NCBI GenBank assembly: GCA_964354495.1
Contig: CAYHAA010000018.1
Coordinates: 30,155 to 62,154, forward strand
Length of the DNA: 32,000 nucleotides
Source of the DNA: an uncultured archaeon
GTDB lineage: Archaea > Asgardarchaeota > Thorarchaeia > Thorarchaeales > Thorarchaeaceae
Direction: 5' to 3'
The notes beneath the pieces were generated by a model. That model worked only from the letters and a program-made list of their open reading frames with translations, did no database searches and was not told where the DNA came from. A program made the translations under genes and the position numbers. Position 1 is the stretch's first letter, and the number at the start of each line of letters is the position of its first letter. Positions 27,912-32,000 of the stretch are shown here, piece by piece.

Positions 27912-28898
27912 ATGCGATATAGACGAGTTGGAAAGAGCGGCCTGAAGATCAGCGAGATTTCTCTTGGCTGACCTACGGTGGCACTGTCGAGGATCGGGTT
28001 GCCAAGGAGTGTATGAATGCAGCAGTGGAACAGGGTATCAACTTCATTGACTGCGCCGAGGTCTACGCTGGAGGAAGAGCCGAGCAGGTCATTGGTGAGT
28101 GGCTTGCTGAGGAGACTGTCAACAGAAGGAATCTTGTCATCTCGAGCAAGGTATTTTGGCCAACGAGTAAGGACATCAATGCTTGGGGTAATAGCAGGAA
28201 GAACATCACCCATGCCATTGAAGGCTCTCTCAAACGACTCAATATTGACTACCTTGATATCTACTTCCTACACAGATACGACCATCTCACACCTGTCATA
28301 GAGACCGTGGAGACCCTCGATGGTCTGGTCAGGAGATGTGCTTTACTGGGGCACTTCCGTCTGGACTGCAGCTCAGCTCGAACGTGTCCAGGCTGTGGCA
28401 AAGGAACTCCATGCCCATAGGCCAATTGTGGAGCAGCCAATGTACAACCTGTTCTCAAGGCATATTGAACTCGAGATTATGCATGTTGCTAGGACTCATG
28501 GCATGGGCTTCACTGTCTGGAGTCCTCTTGCACAGGGACTTCTCACTGGGAAATACAATGATAGCGTCCCTGATGGAAGCAGGGGTTCGAGGTCAAGGGA
28601 CATGAAGGACCTGCTCACAGAGGAGAATCTGTCGAAGGTGAGGAGGCTAGGTGAGATTGCCAAATCCCTTGACATCACTACAGGCCAGCTGGCATTGGCA
28701 TGGATTCTGAGAAGACCTGAGATTTCCGCAGCAATCACCGGAGCAACAAGACCAGAGCATGTCATTGAGAGTGCAGAAGCGTCCGACGTGGAACTCTCAG
28801 CAGATGTTCTGGAACAGATTGAGGAAGTACTGGACAATGCACCCCAATGGCCGCCCACGTATGAGCCCAACATCTACTATCAGGATAGAATGAGATGA
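27912..28898 (+). pseudogene. Aldo/keto reductase (Kv-beta-like), disrupted by two frameshifts
   Basis: MRYRRVGKSGLKISEISLG (ATG 27912), frameshift at ~27968, then LTYGG...INFIDCAEVY...DIYFLHR. A second frameshift at ~28335 is followed by GDVLYWGTS...EQPMYN...WSPLAQGLLTGKY...GATRPEH. Confidence 0.9.
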
Positions 28899-28933
28899 GG
28901 AATATGAAGCAGAGAACGCACGGGGATGAGCGA

Positions 28934-29338
28934 ATGAGGAGTACAGCATCGAAACAAGACGCAGCCAGAAAGGGCACATCAGCCAAAACTGTGGACGACT
29001 ACCTCGCAGTATTGCCTCAAGACGCAAAGACTGCTCTTGGAGAACTTCGCAGAGTGATTAAAGTCGCCGCACCAAAAGCTGACGAAGTCATTAGCTATCG
29101 GATTCCAACGTACAAGTATCACGGGCCACTGGTCCACTTTGCAGCATTCAAGGACCATTGCAGTCTCATTGTGGTGAGTGAACCGACTTTGAGAAGCTTC
29201 AGCAACGAACTCAAGCCCTATCGCACGTCTGGGACAACCATTCACTTCTCAGCCGAAAAGCCGCTTCCCGCCGAACTCGTGACAAGAATTGTCAAGGCAA
29301 GAATTGAAGAAAATGAACTACGGGCTAAGAAAGAGTAA
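28934..29338 (+). CDS. DUF1801 / YdhG-like protein
   Basis: TVDDYLA, LRRVIKVAAPKADEVISYRIPTY, LVHFAAFKDHCS, GTTIHF...KPLPAELVTRIVKARIEEN. Confidence 0.9.
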   Translation: MRSTASKQDAARKGTSAKTVDDYLAVLPQDAKTALGELRRVIKVAAPKADEVISYRIPTYKYHGPLVHFAAFKDHCSLIVVSEPTLRSFSNELKPYRTSGTTIHFSAEKPLPAELVTRIVKARIEENELRAKKE

Positions 29339-29436
29339 CGAAGAATGGATGATGAGCTTACGACTGAAATGTCAATCCGGCTTCTCTTCTGTTAGTATAA
29401 ATGCGAGAAGTAATCAAGGATCGAGGTGCATGAGCG

Positions 29437-29904
29437 GTGGTCACGATGACGGGCATACCTAAAGGACTGAGGAGTTGGTTATGGATTCTGAAGACATGGA
29501 TTGTTCTTTACCCGATGTTGCTCCTGGTGGGAGTCATAGGCGGAGTACTTCTTGGTCCTAGTTATTACTGGATGGCAACAATCATCGGAGTGCCCCTTGC
29601 AGTCATACCGATTACCTACAGAAACCTTGTCGGTGGGGGATGTAGTCTAAGGTTCCACATATGCGCCCTAGTCAAGGGAATCATGGCGGGTTCTGTGTTC
29701 CTCGCACTGTCCTTGGGCGCGGACTTGGTCACCTGGCAGGTCATAGGTACCGGGCTGGGATGGAACCCACTGACTCTTGACCTGTCCTGGGATATCTACT
29801 TCATCTGGCTCTTCAGTGGAATGGTTGGAGGATTCGGTGCCCGCATAGTAGAGATGGGAGGACAGACTAAACCCACTGAGATCACCATTGCTGGATTCGA
29901 ATGA
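29437..29904 (+). CDS. Hypothetical multi-pass membrane protein
   Basis: 155-aa ORF with about four hydrophobic helices; start could be GTG 29437 or ATG 29446. Confidence 0.7.
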   Translation: MVTMTGIPKGLRSWLWILKTWIVLYPMLLLVGVIGGVLLGPSYYWMATIIGVPLAVIPITYRNLVGGGCSLRFHICALVKGIMAGSVFLALSLGADLVTWQVIGTGLGWNPLTLDLSWDIYFIWLFSGMVGGFGARIVEMGGQTKPTEITIAGFE

Positions 29905-29971
29905 TTAGGAGTCAGAAAGTAAAAGAACTAGTCACATATCAGACAGTACGTCCTCACAGAGGGACGATACG

Positions 29972-31153
29972 ATGGCAGAGCCAACCCCGGCACAAATTCA
30001 CTGGAATCAACTTCGAAAGCAGCATCTTCTGGACGAGAAGGCTTCGGACTGCTATGAGGTAGCCAAGGCGCAGCTGGGGCTGCACTCCACAGACTACTGG
30101 ACACCCTACTTCTCAGTGTGGGCGAGGATAGGCGACTTTGATACAAAGAGGATGTTTGAGTCAATCAACAATGGTAAGAAGCTGGTCAGGACCCATGCAT
30201 TCAGGACAACGCTCCATGTCGTACATATCGACAATCTCTCCATGATCATCAGTGCCACAGGACCTGCTCTGTACAAGGTCTGTAGAAATGACAAATTCAC
30301 GAAAGTTGACCAGCTGAGTGACCGAGAGATTGAGAAGATGCTCAGCCATGTGAGAGATGCACTACAGGATGGTCCCCTGCAGACCAGCAAGTTGAAACGG
30401 ATAGTACCTGATAAGATGCATGTACGCTCTGCTCTGTTGATGCTCATGGCGAGGGGTGAGGTGGTCCGGGCCAGGGCAAATCATGCTCGCAGTAATCTCA
30501 CATCGTACGCTCTATTAGATAAATGGGTCAGTGGTTTCAAGTTGAAGGTGGTAGATGAACAAGAAGCAACAACCAAGTTGATTGGAGGTCACATTGGACG
30601 CTTTGGACCAGTGTCAATCGATGACATTTCATGGTGGCTGAGGCTGACTAAGGCAGCAGTCAAGAGGGCGATCCAGAGCCTCGGGGACGATATTACCACG
30701 ATTTCCCATCGTGACAGAGAGTGCTACATACTCACCTCTGACCATGAGATTGCATCAGCCATCGAAAGACCTGAGGAGGACATGGTATGGTTCCTACCAT
30801 ACGAGGACCATTTTCTCAAGGCGTACATCGATAGAACTGACTTCATCAGTGGGGGCATCCAGGCCAGGCTATCCCCAGCAGATAGGAAGCACTACTGGCC
30901 GTCCAATCCTGAGGCACCACGAGTGATGCCAAGCAGGGCATTAGCAGCTACTGGGGAAGTCAGGCCTTCTATATGGTTGAATGGCAGAGTGGTCGGTCGA
31001 TGGGAGATGGATGATTTGGGAGAGCAAAAGAGCATCGTGACAAGCCTGTACACGCAGGATGCCAGAAATCATCATGAGAGTATTGAACAGATTCGCCGCG
31101 AGCTTGAGGATTTTGTGAACCAAGCATTGCTGCCAATATCAACTGGTAAGTGA
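29972..31153 (+). CDS. AlkZ/YcaQ-family (HTH_42) winged-helix DNA glycosylase-like protein
   Basis: GLHSTDYWTPYFSVWARI, RTHAFRTTLHVV, HIGRFGPVSIDDISWWL, FLPYEDHFLKAY, PSIWLNGRVVGRW. Confidence 0.82.
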   Translation: MAEPTPAQIHWNQLRKQHLLDEKASDCYEVAKAQLGLHSTDYWTPYFSVWARIGDFDTKRMFESINNGKKLVRTHAFRTTLHVVHIDNLSMIISATGPALYKVCRNDKFTKVDQLSDREIEKMLSHVRDALQDGPLQTSKLKRIVPDKMHVRSALLMLMARGEVVRARANHARSNLTSYALLDKWVSGFKLKVVDEQEATTKLIGGHIGRFGPVSIDDISWWLRLTKAAVKRAIQSLGDDITTISHRDRECYILTSDHEIASAIERPEEDMVWFLPYEDHFLKAYIDRTDFISGGIQARLSPADRKHYWPSNPEAPRVMPSRALAATGEVRPSIWLNGRVVGRWEMDDLGEQKSIVTSLYTQDARNHHESIEQIRRELEDFVNQALLPISTGK

Positions 31154-31334
31154 GTGCTGTTCTGTGAGCCTGTTGTGCATGCCTAGCACCTAATATTGGC
31201 CAATGAAGAACTTCTGCTGATTGGTCACCAAATGAAACATAGTGAATCGACGTGCCCCCAAGGTCAAAAAGCGTTAATTCCTTGACACAACGCACAAATA
31301 CTGATTTGTTTATGAAAAGAGCAACCATCCGGAG

Positions 31335-31553
31335 ATGAAAAGAATGGGAAAAGGTCTAGCTATATTTGGGCTCTTGCTAATCATAGTAGGAGTCCTTCCT
31401 CTCATCTTGCCGATGATTGGATACGGTTCGTATGCCCTTATGTTCTACCTGGGGTACTACACACTCAATATAGCAGGATACCTTCTTTCTGAGCTCATGC
31501 TCATACTGATTGGAGTCGGTTTCCTGTTTCTTGTTATTGGTGCCCTGACGTAA
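31335..31553 (+). CDS. Small hydrophobic membrane protein
   Basis: 72 aa, two hydrophobic helices, GGAG before ATG. Confidence 0.7.
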   Translation: MKRMGKGLAIFGLLLIIVGVLPLILPMIGYGSYALMFYLGYYTLNIAGYLLSELMLILIGVGFLFLVIGALT

Positions 31554-31578
31554 ACGGCGCATACAAAAAAGAGAAGAC

Positions 31579-31600
31579 GGGGGGAGTGTTTGCTCCCCTC
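31579..31600. terminator. GC-rich hairpin between convergent genes (possible bidirectional terminator)
   Basis: GGGGGGAG-TGTTTG-CTCCCCTC stem, with an A-run upstream and a T-rich stretch downstream. Confidence 0.5.
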
Positions 31601-31625
31601 CTTTATTTGTCTTACAAGTCTTGTT

Positions 31626-31988
31626 CTACTTGATTCCTAGCTTTGATGCAATCTTCACAATGATGAAGACCACAAATGCGACTATGATGAAAGTGATCAG
31701 ACTGTCCATGATTGGACCTCCAGAGAGTACGTAATTATCTGGTGCGGGTGGACTGATGGGAGGATATACAATCGCAACCAGTGGCATAATGAAGCTGCTG
31801 ACCAAGGCTCCCACAACATTACCAATGTAGATACCCAAGATGAACGCGACGGCCAGCCCGAGTACCTTATACGCCGAGATGAAGGCAACAAACTCGTTGA
31901 CCAGTCCCTTCGGTGGAGCTGGAGGGGCTGGGGGAGTCAGTAGTCTTCGTATCTCTCTCAATTCTACAAGCATTTCGTTATCTGTCAT
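31626..31988 (-). CDS. mscL: Large-conductance mechanosensitive channel MscL (atypical domain order)
   Basis: S1 helix NEFVAFI, TM1 KVLGLAVAFILGIYIGNVVGALVSSFIMPLV, TM2 GPIMDSLITFIIVAFVVFIIVK; SD GAGG before ATG 31988. Confidence 0.92.
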   Translation of the reverse strand: MTDNEMLVELREIRRLLTPPAPPAPPKGLVNEFVAFISAYKVLGLAVAFILGIYIGNVVGALVSSFIMPLVAIVYPPISPPAPDNYVLSGGPIMDSLITFIIVAFVVFIIVKIASKLGIK

Positions 31989-32000
31989 TCTAACAACCTC

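Noticed and set aside
27969-27971. TGA after ISEISLG as selenocysteine
   Set aside because: AKR homology continues in a different frame (LTYGG...), which indicates a frameshift, not recoding.
388-31891. Numerous short opposite-strand or alternate-frame ORFs in the track (e.g. 388-768, 3648-3956, 4980-5417, 8656-9207, 18760-19308, 25116-25496, 30969-31328)
   Set aside because: They overlap confidently assigned genes, or have no recognisable motif or SD; treated as shadow ORFs.
1-32000. CRISPR array, rRNA, IS element or integrase
   Set aside because: No regularly spaced repeats, rRNA-like sequence, or transposase/recombinase motifs were seen by eye.

Overview
Archaeal genomic window, most consistent with an Asgard archaeon. 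Thorarchaeia is my inference, from eL38, Alba, NusA2, a multi-intron tRNA and roughly balanced GC. 1-8574 is a conserved information-processing block: DUF655 (partial), rpo4/rpoF, eL21, pus10, geranylgeranyl reductase, pth2, truD, NusA2-like, alba, beta-CASP RNase, eL38 and a tRNA-Val(CAC) with three BHB introns that the ORF track does not show. 8575-32000 is an accessory region of mixed orientation. It holds an HNH-like nuclease, two GNATs, a class III aminotransferase, Zn-finger membrane paralogs, an LVIVD protein, a cluster-less MutY-like glycosylase, nitroreductase, a racemase/N-deoxyribosyltransferase/PNPOx cluster, a cadherin-like surface protein, SGNH hydrolase, bacterioferritin, MsrB, PadR, AKR, DUF1801, an AlkZ-like glycosylase and MscL. 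Three genes are disrupted. Best leads: (1) an apparently circularly permuted MscL with the C-terminal LxEIRxLL bundle helix moved to the N-terminus; (2) the triple-intron tRNA; (3) microhomology-type deletions in pseudogenes; (4) an inverted tRNA 3'-end-like remnant upstream of rpl38e. No CRISPR array, rRNA, transposase or integrase was seen. All family assignments come from motif recognition by eye; no database search was run.
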